Below, piece by piece: positions 8,785-18,146 of a DNA stretch of 64,000 nucleotides (its first letter is position 1; every line of letters begins with the position of its first letter). The notes under the pieces were generated by a model that saw nothing but the letters and a program-made list of their open reading frames with translations, did no database searches and was not told where the DNA came from. The DNA is taken from IMG/VR virus record IMGVR_UViG_3300047472_000449; one strand, 5' to 3'. Source of the stretch: a virus. The position numbers were made by a program, and so were the translations under genes.

Positions 8785-9960
8785 TCAGAGCGTGAATTGC
8801 GTCTCGCTGTCAGGCTGAAAAACCATGCACACCCGATTATTGGCATGAAGCGTGCGGAACTCTAGTGTGCTCCGTTGCTTACCCAATTCATTAATGATCT
8901 CGGTTGTCAGATTGTTCAGACTGTCCGACGCCATGGTGAAGATGACCTTGTGCCCACGGTGCGCCAGCACCATGGCGGCAGCAAGCGCGTTCCGATCATA
9001 GTTATCGCCGATGACGATTACTTGACCATACCCCAAGGCCGGGTCACCAATCTCTGGATCGGTCAGGTGCTCCAGTGTCTTCACCCAGGCATTGTCCGGG
9101 TAGGGTTTCGACACATGACCAACATGGGTCACCGTGATCAGGTCGGTTTTGTCGCGCTCAAACAGATCCTTGAGAATCAGGTTCATGATGTGCGTCTTGC
9201 CGCCCTGTGGCGGGCTGCTCAGCACGATCACGGCGCCAGCAGGATCATCGAGTTTCAACAGCCCACGGATGCGCTCCAAAAGCTCTGGGTGGCGTTTCTC
9301 AAGCAGTTTGAGGGCTGTGTCTTCGTTACTGTATGGAAAATCCAGCGCGGTCATGAGGTGGCCGCTGTCTGGCGCCGGTCGTTCTGGCTGGCCGTGGGCG
9401 TGGTAATTCACGTCATCTTCCGCCGCGATCAGCTCAAAGCCTTGCTCTTCGCTCAAGTAGATCCCGGCTTTCTCTGCCAGCGCCAGTAGCAGTCGCTCAG
9501 CACGCTCTTGCATGCGTTCCGCTTTGGCGGTGAGGGTGCCGGTGTCCGGCAGTTTCAGTCGCGAGCTGTTTTCCAAATGATTGACGCTCGCCATCCCCAG
9601 AATCGCCATCAGTCGAGTATCCAGATGATGTACCAACAAGCCAACATTGTCGCCTTCGCACTCAGTGAACTGGTGGGTGTCTTTTATTTGCCGAGCGATG
9701 CTGTGCGCCAATTTCACGGTGTAGCGGTGCCACTCATCTTCAGTGAGGAATACAAACCCAGGAATCGGTGTTTGCATCGGGCGCGAATCCAGATGTTCCG
9801 CCACCAGATCCTTGGCAAAAGCCCAGTAATTGGAGACTTCTTTGCCAGTGTCCAGCGTGATGATGCGAAAACGCTTGATGAACATTTCGGCAACTTGCGC
9901 ACCGTAGGTTTGCGGCAAGTCCTGCCACTCAGCATCGGTGAAAACTAGACCTTTGTGCAT
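8785..9960 (-). CDS. N-terminal unknown domain fused to degenerate PilT/GspE-like P-loop ATPase
   Basis: LSSPPQGGKTH Walker A; IVIGDNYDRNALAAAMVLAHRGHKVIFTMASDS resembles the PilT/GspE Walker B/His box. Confidence 0.6.
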   Translation of the reverse strand: MHKGLVFTDAEWQDLPQTYGAQVAEMFIKRFRIITLDTGKEVSNYWAFAKDLVAEHLDSRPMQTPIPGFVFLTEDEWHRYTVKLAHSIARQIKDTHQFTECEGDNVGLLVHHLDTRLMAILGMASVNHLENSSRLKLPDTGTLTAKAERMQERAERLLLALAEKAGIYLSEEQGFELIAAEDDVNYHAHGQPERPAPDSGHLMTALDFPYSNEDTALKLLEKRHPELLERIRGLLKLDDPAGAVIVLSSPPQGGKTHIMNLILKDLFERDKTDLITVTHVGHVSKPYPDNAWVKTLEHLTDPEIGDPALGYGQVIVIGDNYDRNALAAAMVLAHRGHKVIFTMASDSLNNLTTEIINELGKQRSTLEFRTLHANNRVCMVFQPDSETQFTL

Positions 9961-10063
9961 ATTCCATATCCCTATAGGTAAAGTGCCCGCATTCGCGAAG
10001 GGGCCAGCGGGTGTTTGGCTCTCAGGACGTTGAATGATCCACGAAAGCCGTTACAGTTGGTAG

Positions 10064-10486
10064 CTATTCAATCGGGTGCGGCTGGCCCGAGCTGTCACAC
10101 AAGAAATGCTTGCTAGCCGTCATAAAGAGGTCGGAAAGCCGTTTGCGCAGATCATGAACAACCTCGCCTTTCTGCTCGCCCGTATGCTCAATGAACTGAT
10201 ACACAGTGCTGAGTTCGTTGGCGATCAGGTTGGCAAGGCCTCGCACATGCATGTTCCATAGAAATTCGGAGATAAAGACGAACCCGGAAACAGGGGGTTG
10301 ACTCGGTTTCTTCATCAAATATTTTTCAACAAGATCACTGCCAAAGTCCCGGTAGTCTTCGACTTCAAGCCCTGTATCCACGACCAAGATGCGAAAATTG
10401 CGAAGAAAAGTTTCTCCAATGCAGCTGCCGAACGTTTGTGGCAACTCCAACCATTCGGCGTCTGTAAACACTGGCCCGTAATGCAT
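10064..10486 (-). CDS. stand-alone paralog of the N-terminal domain of 8785..9960
   Basis: MHYGPVFTDAEWLELPQTFG vs MHKGLVFTDAEWQDLPQTYG. Confidence 0.8.
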   Translation of the reverse strand: MHYGPVFTDAEWLELPQTFGSCIGETFLRNFRILVVDTGLEVEDYRDFGSDLVEKYLMKKPSQPPVSGFVFISEFLWNMHVRGLANLIANELSTVYQFIEHTGEQKGEVVHDLRKRLSDLFMTASKHFLCDSSGQPHPIE

Positions 10487-10540
10487 GGTTCGGTTTCCTC
10501 AATTTGATGCTGTATTTGATAGGGACGGCTGACAGCCTGA

Positions 10541-10918
10541 TTATGCAGAGAAAACAGCCTGATCCTGGGGTGTCCAGACGGCACCGCTACGGTCGGCAGT
10601 AACGTCGCCCAAAGCGAACGTTTCCGTTTCACGAAAAATTTTGATTGCCTGCTCGGCACTCAGGTTGAGAGGTGGCTGGCCGTAGAGCACCCGTGTTCCT
10701 TTGCAGTACAGCGATGCAATGCCGGATTCACGGTGAAAACTCAGCTGGCAGCCTTTCAGGGTGTGACCGCCAGAGGCTCTGGACATGACTTCAAACACCG
10801 TTCTGGCGCAGGCCTCGGGGTTGTCGAAATTGAAGCTTTTCGGCAACGGCACGCCTTCGGTTGCCACGACCTCACAGGACGACGACCCAAAATAAAGGTG
10901 GGCGCTTTGAAGGTTCAT
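10541..10918 (-). CDS. hypothetical protein
   Basis: 125-aa ORF after promoter 10951-10980. Confidence 0.7.
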   Translation of the reverse strand: MNLQSAHLYFGSSSCEVVATEGVPLPKSFNFDNPEACARTVFEVMSRASGGHTLKGCQLSFHRESGIASLYCKGTRVLYGQPPLNLSAEQAIKIFRETETFALGDVTADRSGAVWTPQDQAVFSA

Positions 10919-10950
10919 GGCGTCGCTCTCAATGCATTGATTTGACCTCT

Positions 10951-11015
10951 ATTATGTCATTAATAAGCGAAAATGTCAATATCTTATTGACTGATCTCGT
11001 ATCAAAGCGATAATA
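10951..11015. promoter_or_regulatory. back-to-back divergent sigma70 promoters
   Basis: TGTCAAT-ATCTT-ATTGACT provides a -35 on each strand. Confidence 0.6.
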
Positions 11016-11049
11016 ATGCAAATACCTGTATCCGGTTGAGGTCTTTCCA

Positions 11050-11793
11050 ATGAGCGCTATCGTCAATCTAGAGTTCGGAGCCAAATTCCCATTCGACGGT
11101 TCTGATGTTTTCTGGGATGGCCGCGCAGCAGCCTTGCCAGCTGTTGATTGGAAGCATGCCGTTGCCAGGGGCATTTTGGCGTCAGTCAGTACCCACCCTG
11201 GTATTAAACAGGCTTTGGTGCGTGATAAATGGCCTGAGGCTGAACGACTGGCACTGGTCGCCATACTTTCGATGGTCATCGATGCAAATTACGTAGGCAG
11301 TGAATCAGCAATGATGGCTGCCAGGGACATCGTGCGCCACCTGTGCTTGTTTGAAGCGATTGAGATGCAATTTTTCAGCATGGATCGGCAGCGCCTGGAG
11401 GCGATACATGGGGAAATTGCGCAAATTGTGCAGCAAGGCTTTGAGCGTTTCCAAGTCATTGTAGATGAGCCAGTGAGTGTGGATCGTTTCTACAGAAAAC
11501 CAGATATGGCGTCAGAAGGCGCGGCTCTGGCTGCCTCTAGCTTCATTTTGAAGGCAAGGGCCGCTGGTGCTTGCAGGCCTAACTTGACATTGAGTAACGG
11601 CAGCGCTGTTTCTGTTGTCTGGAGAAGTGGCAGCAACTCTCTTAGCGTCAATATCTCGGGTACTGAACAATTTTCTGCTGTCGGTATTGCAGACGGCGAA
11701 CACAAACTGGCGATAGAGGCGAGCGCCACAACGCTCCCTGAGGCGCTTGTGGAGTATTTGCTGAAGCATTTCGGCGAGCCCTCAAAACATTAA
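11050..11793 (+). CDS. hypothetical protein, paralog family A
   Basis: N-term FPFDGSD.FW...P..DW.H..ARGI.A shared with 11832 and 13226. Confidence 0.85.
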   Translation: MSAIVNLEFGAKFPFDGSDVFWDGRAAALPAVDWKHAVARGILASVSTHPGIKQALVRDKWPEAERLALVAILSMVIDANYVGSESAMMAARDIVRHLCLFEAIEMQFFSMDRQRLEAIHGEIAQIVQQGFERFQVIVDEPVSVDRFYRKPDMASEGAALAASSFILKARAAGACRPNLTLSNGSAVSVVWRSGSNSLSVNISGTEQFSAVGIADGEHKLAIEASATTLPEALVEYLLKHFGEPSKH

Positions 11794-11831
11794 TGATTTT
11801 AAATTAACCAATATTAATCAAGGGTATTTAG

Positions 11832-12626
11832 ATGAGCGCGATTGAACGAGGGGAATGTTTTCCCTTTGATGGTTCTGATGAGTTTTGGAATTCGGATATA
11901 AACGTTCCTCCCGCTCCAGCACGGGACTGGATTCATGTTGCGGCCCGAGGGATCATTGCAGATGTAACGGATCGTCGCGGCATCAAGCAAGCCTTTCAGG
12001 TTTGTGATTGGCTGGAAGCTGATCGGGTCAAACTGGTGAACGACCTGTGCGAGATCATCATGGTTCATATGGCTGATCCAGATGGTGTTACCAAAGACAT
12101 CATGCGTCGTCTGCGTGCCTGTGCTCGTGCCGAGAAGGAGTTTTCAGGCATTGATGATGATGTGATGGAATCAATCCATGGGGACTTCTATGGGATCATC
12201 ATGGAGGCATCAATAGACCCCAATACGAATAAGCTGGCGATTGAGATGACGCCTGAGCACCTCCAGGCAGCCTTTGCTCTAGTGGTGCTTGGGCATATCA
12301 ACGATACCCTGCCGAAGGAGGCTTGGGAGGGCTTCCGCTTCCATCAGTGCATGGTTAACGAACAAATGGTTCCTGGTGTAGAGGCTGATCCTGATTTGAC
12401 TCCGGAGCAATTGATTAAAACCTCATTCTGCTCAATGGGGAACATGGTGGATAGGATTATCCGAACGTACCAGAAAAAGAACGTCGAGGTCATTGGCGAA
12501 GTCGCCGGACAGCCGGTCTACTTCATTGCCCGCGCCGGTTACTACATGTGGGCGCCTCAGCCAGAAGGCGGAGAGATGTTTGACATCAATCTGTGCTTTC
12601 CTGGCTATCCGTCCGGCTGGAGGTAA
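11832..12626 (+). CDS. hypothetical protein, paralog family A
   Basis: same N-terminal domain, different C-terminus. Confidence 0.85.
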   Translation: MSAIERGECFPFDGSDEFWNSDINVPPAPARDWIHVAARGIIADVTDRRGIKQAFQVCDWLEADRVKLVNDLCEIIMVHMADPDGVTKDIMRRLRACARAEKEFSGIDDDVMESIHGDFYGIIMEASIDPNTNKLAIEMTPEHLQAAFALVVLGHINDTLPKEAWEGFRFHQCMVNEQMVPGVEADPDLTPEQLIKTSFCSMGNMVDRIIRTYQKKNVEVIGEVAGQPVYFIARAGYYMWAPQPEGGEMFDINLCFPGYPSGWR

Positions 12627-12631
12627 GCGCG

Positions 12632-12907
12632 ATGACTGACAAAATGACTGTACTCGCACTGGGTTTGCTCGCAGCCCTTGGCGCAGGGGCTGCAAGCGCT
12701 GAAGAGGTTGATCCAATGCAGCAGTTTCGCGAAGTCCCTGAGGGTTCAACTAACGGTATTCGCAAAGTTTGCGTTGACGATCAGTGGTATCTGGTCACCT
12801 ATCACTACAGTCTTCCCACAGGAATTACCCCAAAGCTCAAGGACGGTAAGCCAGAGCTGTGCGTAGAGTCTAAATCAACGCCAGCCACGCCAACATTGAA
12901 AAACTGA
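12632..12907 (+). CDS. putative exported protein
   Basis: signal-peptide-like LALGLLAALGAGAASA; GGAGG RBS. Confidence 0.7.
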   Translation: MTDKMTVLALGLLAALGAGAASAEEVDPMQQFREVPEGSTNGIRKVCVDDQWYLVTYHYSLPTGITPKLKDGKPELCVESKSTPATPTLKN

Positions 12908-12998
12908 CCGACTACACCCGCTGATGCATCGCGTCAGCGGGCGCCCGGCATTTTTAGTGCTAATAAATTTATACTTTAATCAGGCGTTTTGAATATAC

Positions 12999-13229
12999 AT
13001 GATGAGTGCAGAACAGTTTGTAAAAAACCGCTTTCCAGATGCCCATGTGACTTTGATCGCAGGCGGAAACTTCAGGCTTCAAGGCGTTCCTGGGCTTTTT
13101 GGTATTGCTGTTTCCGAAGCGCATGTTTGGCAAGGCGCAGCCCGTGAGTTGGGCGATCCTGTGCTTGAGGTGTACCGGGAAAGAGCCGCCGCGACAACGA
13201 ATTTGACTCACAGGGATAACGACGAATGA
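12999..13229 (+). CDS. hypothetical protein
   Basis: ATGA overlap with 13226. Confidence 0.65.
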   Translation: MMSAEQFVKNRFPDAHVTLIAGGNFRLQGVPGLFGIAVSEAHVWQGAARELGDPVLEVYRERAAATTNLTHRDNDE

Positions 13230-13630
13230 CCTACTATGAAGAGCTGGCAACAGCACGCCCATTTGATGATTCTGATGATGTTTTGAATGGGGCTGATGCC
13301 CCTACTCCACCGCGCAGTTGGCAGCATCTCGCCGCCCGTTCGGCCTTGGCTTATGTGGTGAACAGACATGATTTTCGTGACACGTTTGCACTCCATCTGT
13401 GGCCTGAGTCCCGACGTGTGCAATTGATCAATGACATTTGCAGCATCATTGAGGTCGGTTTTAAGCCGGAAGACCCATTCATCTCTGATCAGATTTTTAA
13501 ACATATCCGAGCCGATGAGTATCTGGATAACGAGTTCAGTTTCTGGCTCGATTGCGATGAATTTGATCAGATGGCTGAGGATGTGGACGCTGTTATTGCT
13601 GACATTTACGCCAATCGCAGTGCAGCCTAA
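13226..13630 (+). CDS. hypothetical protein, paralog family A (domain only)
   Basis: PFDDSDD...P.PPRSWQHLAARSALA. Confidence 0.8.
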   Translation: MTYYEELATARPFDDSDDVLNGADAPTPPRSWQHLAARSALAYVVNRHDFRDTFALHLWPESRRVQLINDICSIIEVGFKPEDPFISDQIFKHIRADEYLDNEFSFWLDCDEFDQMAEDVDAVIADIYANRSAA

Positions 13631-13677
13631 CGCCATGAAAAACGCCACCTCAACGGGTGGCGTGATTCACTGCGGGA

Positions 13678-14100
13678 TCAGTGCGCTGGGTAGGCTTCGT
13701 ATTTGATTGTGACCCGGACCTTGTAATGCGTTGGCTGGCGCATGTTTGGGTCATTTTTCGCATGGGCGAGATCTGACGGCTCCAAGCTGTTCCAGGTCAG
13801 CAGATTCATGATCAAGCTGTCCGGCATGAACTTGGGACGGCTGTCATAAATCGCATCCTGCTCATTGACCGAGTGGGTCGTCCACTCACCCTCACCCTTG
13901 CTGTATTCGATGACCAGCTGCACCTTGAAGCGCGTCGGACGGCCCAGGCTCATGTCGTTGTTGGCAAAGGTGAAGTCATACGCCGACGCACCCAGACTGT
14001 GATGGTTCAAAGTGCTGATGATCATGCCATCCGGCATGAAGTTCGGCTCTCCGTCAAAGATGACATTGCGGTCAATGACCGAGTGAACGCGCATGGTCAT
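13678..14100 (-). CDS. hypothetical protein with internally duplicated domain
   Basis: HSV..RNVIFDGEPNFMPD..I / HSV..QDAIYDSRPKFMPD..I. Confidence 0.8.
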   Translation of the reverse strand: MTMRVHSVIDRNVIFDGEPNFMPDGMIISTLNHHSLGASAYDFTFANNDMSLGRPTRFKVQLVIEYSKGEGEWTTHSVNEQDAIYDSRPKFMPDSLIMNLLTWNSLEPSDLAHAKNDPNMRQPTHYKVRVTIKYEAYPAH

Positions 14101-14555
14101 ACCGAGGCCTCCGAGGCAACTTCCAGCTTGAAACGATTGGTTGGGTACTGTGCGACCGCTTGATTCAGCACTTTCACCGCTTCGGCAAACGAATAGTGCG
14201 CGATTTCAACCGGATCAGTGGTGATCGGCAAATCGTCATCTTCGTCCTCATCGCTTTTCTCGGTCAGCCAGAGCTGCGTATGGCCTTCCACCCGAATGGT
14301 GTACTGCTTTTGCTTGGCCGATGCCTTGGCCGCTTTCCACTGCGTCATGAAATACTCGACGCTGGAGCGGTCAATCATGAAAAAGAATGCGGTGTCGCCT
14401 TCGCGCTCGCCCTCTTCTTCGTACTCGCAGGAGGCAAACTGCGTGCGCAATTCGGCATCAGCGACACGAATCGCCGCGTCAACGCCTTCAATCGCCATCA
14501 TGACGCGGCCATGGCCCAGCTTCGCTTCGCCTTTTTTGACTTCAAACGCTTTCAT
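14097..14555 (-). CDS. hypothetical protein
   Basis: 152-aa ORF after promoter 14591-14630. Confidence 0.8.
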   Translation of the reverse strand: MKAFEVKKGEAKLGHGRVMMAIEGVDAAIRVADAELRTQFASCEYEEEGEREGDTAFFFMIDRSSVEYFMTQWKAAKASAKQKQYTIRVEGHTQLWLTEKSDEDEDDDLPITTDPVEIAHYSFAEAVKVLNQAVAQYPTNRFKLEVASEASV

Positions 14556-14590
14556 GTTCAGGGCCTGTCGCAGTCATTTGGAGAGTGTTC

Positions 14591-14630
14591 ATTATGACGA
14601 ACTTAAACACGAATGTCAATGCCATTTACT
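14591..14630 (-). promoter_or_regulatory. sigma70 promoter with palindromic -35 operator
   Basis: CATAAT/17/TTGACA; TGTCAAT-GCC-ATTTACT. Confidence 0.7.
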
Positions 14631-14737
14631 CTAAAGGGAAGAAGAAACAAGTTGACCCCAACCATTGCTGGTCGGGGTCATCAGGGTACAGCTGGGGAGC
14701 GCGATTGTCGCAGGGACAAGGCTCTAGCGCAACACGC

Positions 14738-15637
14738 TTAGGCCGCTTTGATCAAGTTGAATTGCGGCGCGTGATGAGCGAACGCGTCAATCGGAATGAT
14801 CACCGACTTTCCGCGTACCATCTTCGCGGCTGCCTTGCTGTCAGCGTTGGCAACGTAGTTGGTGGCGATCTCGATTTCGTCACCGTTCACGCCCACCACT
14901 TCAACCAGATGGAAGCAGGTGGTTTGGCTCAGATCGTGCCACAGCTGGCCCTCATTGATCGCCGGGAACGCCGTCTGCATGACATTTTCCAGGGTCTCGC
15001 CGGTCGGCACAAAGCGGCGTTGCAGTAGGCCTTGCTCCATCAGTTCGGTCAGGTTGTTGCTGACGAACTCGTAACCGCCCTTCACGCCGTTGAAGCGGCC
15101 TTCTTGAGCAAAGGTCGGCTTGGCTTGCGGCGTCGCCTGTGGACGGGCGCCAGCCACGTCGGTGAAGTAACGGGTGACGATGCGCACCTTGCCTTCGGCC
15201 TTGTCGCCGATCACCTGCACATAACGCATGTGCGAGCCTTTCAGTTCACGCCAGATCTCACCGGTCAGCGGGCCTGCGTCAGGCACAGGGGTGATGGTCA
15301 GCGTACCCAGGTCGATCACCGGAGCCGTCGCGGCCATGGTCACTGGTGCGTACTTGGACAGGGTGCGGGCGAAGTGAATCAGGCCCAGCTTCTTGTCGTT
15401 GAAGGTCTTCAGGTTCGCTGCAACAAAGCTGTAGTTGCCCGCTTTGCCGTCGAAGCGACTGACGCTGGCGTAATCCAGTCGGCCATTGTCCAGATTCTTT
15501 GGCAGGGAGAGCCGGTCATTCGAGCGGCACACCGAGATAATTTCAACACAACCAAAGGCGTCGGCTTCCTTGCTGACCATGAAGAAGCGAGCTTGCGGGG
15601 CGTTGTTTTTCCAGATCTGGTACTTATGTGGCTTCAC
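14738..15637 (-). CDS. multi-domain hypothetical protein
   Basis: GTG start with AAGGAA RBS; two G(E/Q)(I/L)W..L...V.V.G modules. Confidence 0.8.
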   Translation of the reverse strand: MKPHKYQIWKNNAPQARFFMVSKEADAFGCVEIISVCRSNDRLSLPKNLDNGRLDYASVSRFDGKAGNYSFVAANLKTFNDKKLGLIHFARTLSKYAPVTMAATAPVIDLGTLTITPVPDAGPLTGEIWRELKGSHMRYVQVIGDKAEGKVRIVTRYFTDVAGARPQATPQAKPTFAQEGRFNGVKGGYEFVSNNLTELMEQGLLQRRFVPTGETLENVMQTAFPAINEGQLWHDLSQTTCFHLVEVVGVNGDEIEIATNYVANADSKAAAKMVRGKSVIIPIDAFAHHAPQFNLIKAA

Positions 15638-15703
15638 GACAACAATTCCTTCGTAAGAACAGGATAAAACGTGAGGGTTGGGGTGTTTCGTTTTGATGGC
15701 GCC

Positions 15704-15743
15704 AGTATAGCGCAGATGACACAATATGTCAATCACACTGACA
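15704..15743 (-). promoter_or_regulatory. sigma70 promoter with palindromic -35 operator
   Basis: TATACT/17/TTGACA; TGTCAAT-CAC-ACTGACA. Confidence 0.8.
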
Positions 15744-15828
15744 ATTATATTTTGTAATTTTGAACGTGACTTCCAGACAGCACAATGTCGGTTGTTACCG
15801 GCATTGATCTGATAGGCTATGGTCGAAC

Positions 15829-16248
15829 TTATACACGCCGAACGATGCTGTATCCACATTCCGCTGGCGAGGGACTCGCGTTGGAGGCGACCGCCACTTC
15901 ATACAGAAAGTCTTCGAGGGAAGGCTGATCATAGGCATCAGTGATCTTGCCTCCGCCCCAGCAGTCCTCATAGGCCTCACGCGCTGCCTTTTTGAGCTTG
16001 CTCTGGCTGCGCACGATTGCGTTGAGGGTCAACAGGTATTCATCACCCTGGATCTGCGTCACCGTGGAGCCAGCGATCACTTCATAACCGCAGTCCGAGG
16101 CAAATTCGGAAGGATTGTTGGCGAGTTCATAGAGGCAGTCTTCAAGTGTCTCCACGTCGGCCATGTCTTTGCCATTACTGATCACTTCCTCGGCATCGAG
16201 GACAAGCAGCAAAACCTGAATCTTGACGGGGGTTGGAGTGGGATTCAT
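15829..16248 (-). CDS. hypothetical protein, paralog family B
   Basis: two LE.(C/F)LYE.A.N.....CGY modules. Confidence 0.8.
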   Translation of the reverse strand: MNPTPTPVKIQVLLLVLDAEEVISNGKDMADVETLEDCLYELANNPSEFASDCGYEVIAGSTVTQIQGDEYLLTLNAIVRSQSKLKKAAREAYEDCWGGGKITDAYDQPSLEDFLYEVAVASNASPSPAECGYSIVRRV

Positions 16249-16265
16249 GAATACCGCCTTTTGAT

Positions 16266-16775
16266 TTAATGGAAGGACTTGCGGCCTGAGCACCAGAGTG
16301 GGCTGACGATCTCAAAACCACAGTAATCTCGGTCAAGCGAGTTGTTTGAATTGACGGCCACCTCGTACAGATAATCTTCGAGGGTGGGTTTGTGGTAGTT
16401 TTCTTTAAACGTATTACCGCCCCAGCACTGCAAGAAGGCTGCGTGCGCGGCCTTTTTAAGCGCGCCTGCGTGGTGGAGCTTGGTTGCGATGAACAGCAGG
16501 TACTGATCATCCATGATGAACTTGACACTTGAGTAAGCCGCTAGAAGCTCATAACCACATTTTTCTGGTTTTTTGATCGGGTTGTTGGTCATGGCATACA
16601 GGCACGCTTCCAGCGTTTGGGTGTCAATGCTCTCGCTGTTGACTTCTGGGAGCTTGATGCCATCGAGCAACAGGCGCCCGGCATCTGCATTTTCCCGGAT
16701 GCCACTGATGACTTGCGCAGGATTGGTTACCTTGAGCAACACCTTGGCAATAACGATGGCTGGCATGTCCTGCAT
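16266..16775 (-). CDS. hypothetical protein, paralog family B
   Basis: two LE..LY....N.....CG(Y/F)E modules. Confidence 0.8.
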   Translation of the reverse strand: MQDMPAIVIAKVLLKVTNPAQVISGIRENADAGRLLLDGIKLPEVNSESIDTQTLEACLYAMTNNPIKKPEKCGYELLAAYSSVKFIMDDQYLLFIATKLHHAGALKKAAHAAFLQCWGGNTFKENYHKPTLEDYLYEVAVNSNNSLDRDYCGFEIVSPLWCSGRKSFH

Positions 16776-16804
16776 GGTGACTATCCTTTCCTGGCTGAGC
16801 GTCC

Positions 16805-16844
16805 ATTTTAACGAGGTCGTAGCTTTTTGTCAATGCCATTGACT
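16805..16844 (-). promoter_or_regulatory. sigma70 promoter with palindromic -35 operator
   Basis: TAAAAT/17/TTGACA; TGTCAAT-GCC-ATTGACT. Confidence 0.8.
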
Positions 16845-16857
16845 GCGATTGCCTGCA

Positions 16858-17334
16858 TTACGCCCAGGAAATGACAGTCCCGTATTTCAACTCGATGGCG
16901 TCAGGGCCGTACTGGCTCTGCATGGTGCGCATGATTGCACTGACGGTTGGGTGCTGTCGGACAAATGGCTCAGCAGCGACCACTTCATGCGGTTTGACTT
17001 CGACCGCCTTGCCGTCTGAGCGACCATCAAGGTCGTGGCCGAAGTTATTGCCCTGCTCATCCTGGACATGAAAATTGAACAGCCAGATCTGTTGCAGGTA
17101 GTTGACCGCCTGAATGTCGTCCCCAAACGCGTCACCCAGCAATTCGTCAGGGCGTACGCTCTCACGGAATTTTTTCTGGCGATCTTCACGGACTTCGCCG
17201 CCGCAGGTTGGGCAAAATCGGCTATTCGACTTGTTTCCGCACTGGCAACAAACGGTCGTGCTGACGGTGTACTCGACCCGTTGAGGTTTGACCTCAAAAT
17301 AAAAGCCGATGTGAATGGATAGTTCAGAACTCAT
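16858..17334 (-). CDS. zinc-ribbon protein, paralog family C
   Basis: CCQCG...FCPTCG; C-term YGPDAIELKYGT. Confidence 0.8.
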   Translation of the reverse strand: MSSELSIHIGFYFEVKPQRVEYTVSTTVCCQCGNKSNSRFCPTCGGEVREDRQKKFRESVRPDELLGDAFGDDIQAVNYLQQIWLFNFHVQDEQGNNFGHDLDGRSDGKAVEVKPHEVVAAEPFVRQHPTVSAIMRTMQSQYGPDAIELKYGTVISWA

Positions 17335-17504
17335 GAGATTCCCTTGATGGGCATGCGGACGCCCGCGATTTATATTTATCGCTTATTATCCCTGCCAGGG
17401 CATTCGCGTCAATGATTTTTGAAGAACTAGGCTAGCAGCAGAACCAGAGCGACCGTGGCCGTTGTCCACGAAGGTGCCCAGCGGGTGGCTTGGGTGTGCC
17501 TCGG

Positions 17505-17987
17505 TTATTTCCAGTAGCCGAAGGTGCCAAACACCAGCCCGATGGCGTCGGGGCCGTAGGTGCCGGTCATGTACTCCATAATGCGCTTTACCCTGGCATC
17601 GCGGAGAATTGGCTCTCTGACATTGATCATGGCCTGTAGATCAAACTCGATGTCTCCAGCTTGTCCCTGGAGATGGCCGTCAATGCTGTGGTGACCGTCA
17701 GCGGTAGAAATTTCAAAGTCCAACCGCCAGATGTTCGTGTCATTGATCAGCCACACCAGATGGCTCAGCTCGGACGGCAGCAGGTGGTCGTGATGGCTCG
17801 ACATGAAGTTTTGCTGCTTGGGCTTCACAGCCAAGGGGCTGCCGCAGTGTTTGCAGAACTTTGATAGCTCTGTGAAGGTTCTGTTGCACGAATCTGCGTT
17901 CGTGCAGGCGATGACTTCTACAGCGCGGGTGACTTGCTGAGGTTTGACCTTTAGGGCGTAACCGGCGTGAACAAAGTAGCTACCCAT
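17505..17987 (-). CDS. zinc-ribbon protein, paralog family C
   Basis: C...C...FCKHCG; C-term YGPDAIGLVFGT. Confidence 0.8.
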   Translation of the reverse strand: MGSYFVHAGYALKVKPQQVTRAVEVIACTNADSCNRTFTELSKFCKHCGSPLAVKPKQQNFMSSHHDHLLPSELSHLVWLINDTNIWRLDFEISTADGHHSIDGHLQGQAGDIEFDLQAMINVREPILRDARVKRIMEYMTGTYGPDAIGLVFGTFGYWK

Positions 17988-18063
17988 GCTGCTGACCTTA
18001 ATCATGTTAGACGGTTATTATATCACCCCGACCAATAATGTCAATGATATTTTCTGCGGAGAC

Positions 18064-18091
18064 AAAAAAGCCCTACCGAAGCAGGGCTTTT
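18064..18091 (-). terminator. intrinsic terminator after ssb
   Basis: AAAAAAGCCCT-ACCGAAGC-AGGGCTTTT. Confidence 0.75.
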
Positions 18092-18146
18092 CTTTGTGTT
18101 CCTTTCTTGCTATCGTTCATTTCTCAGATGAGAACGAGAACGATTC

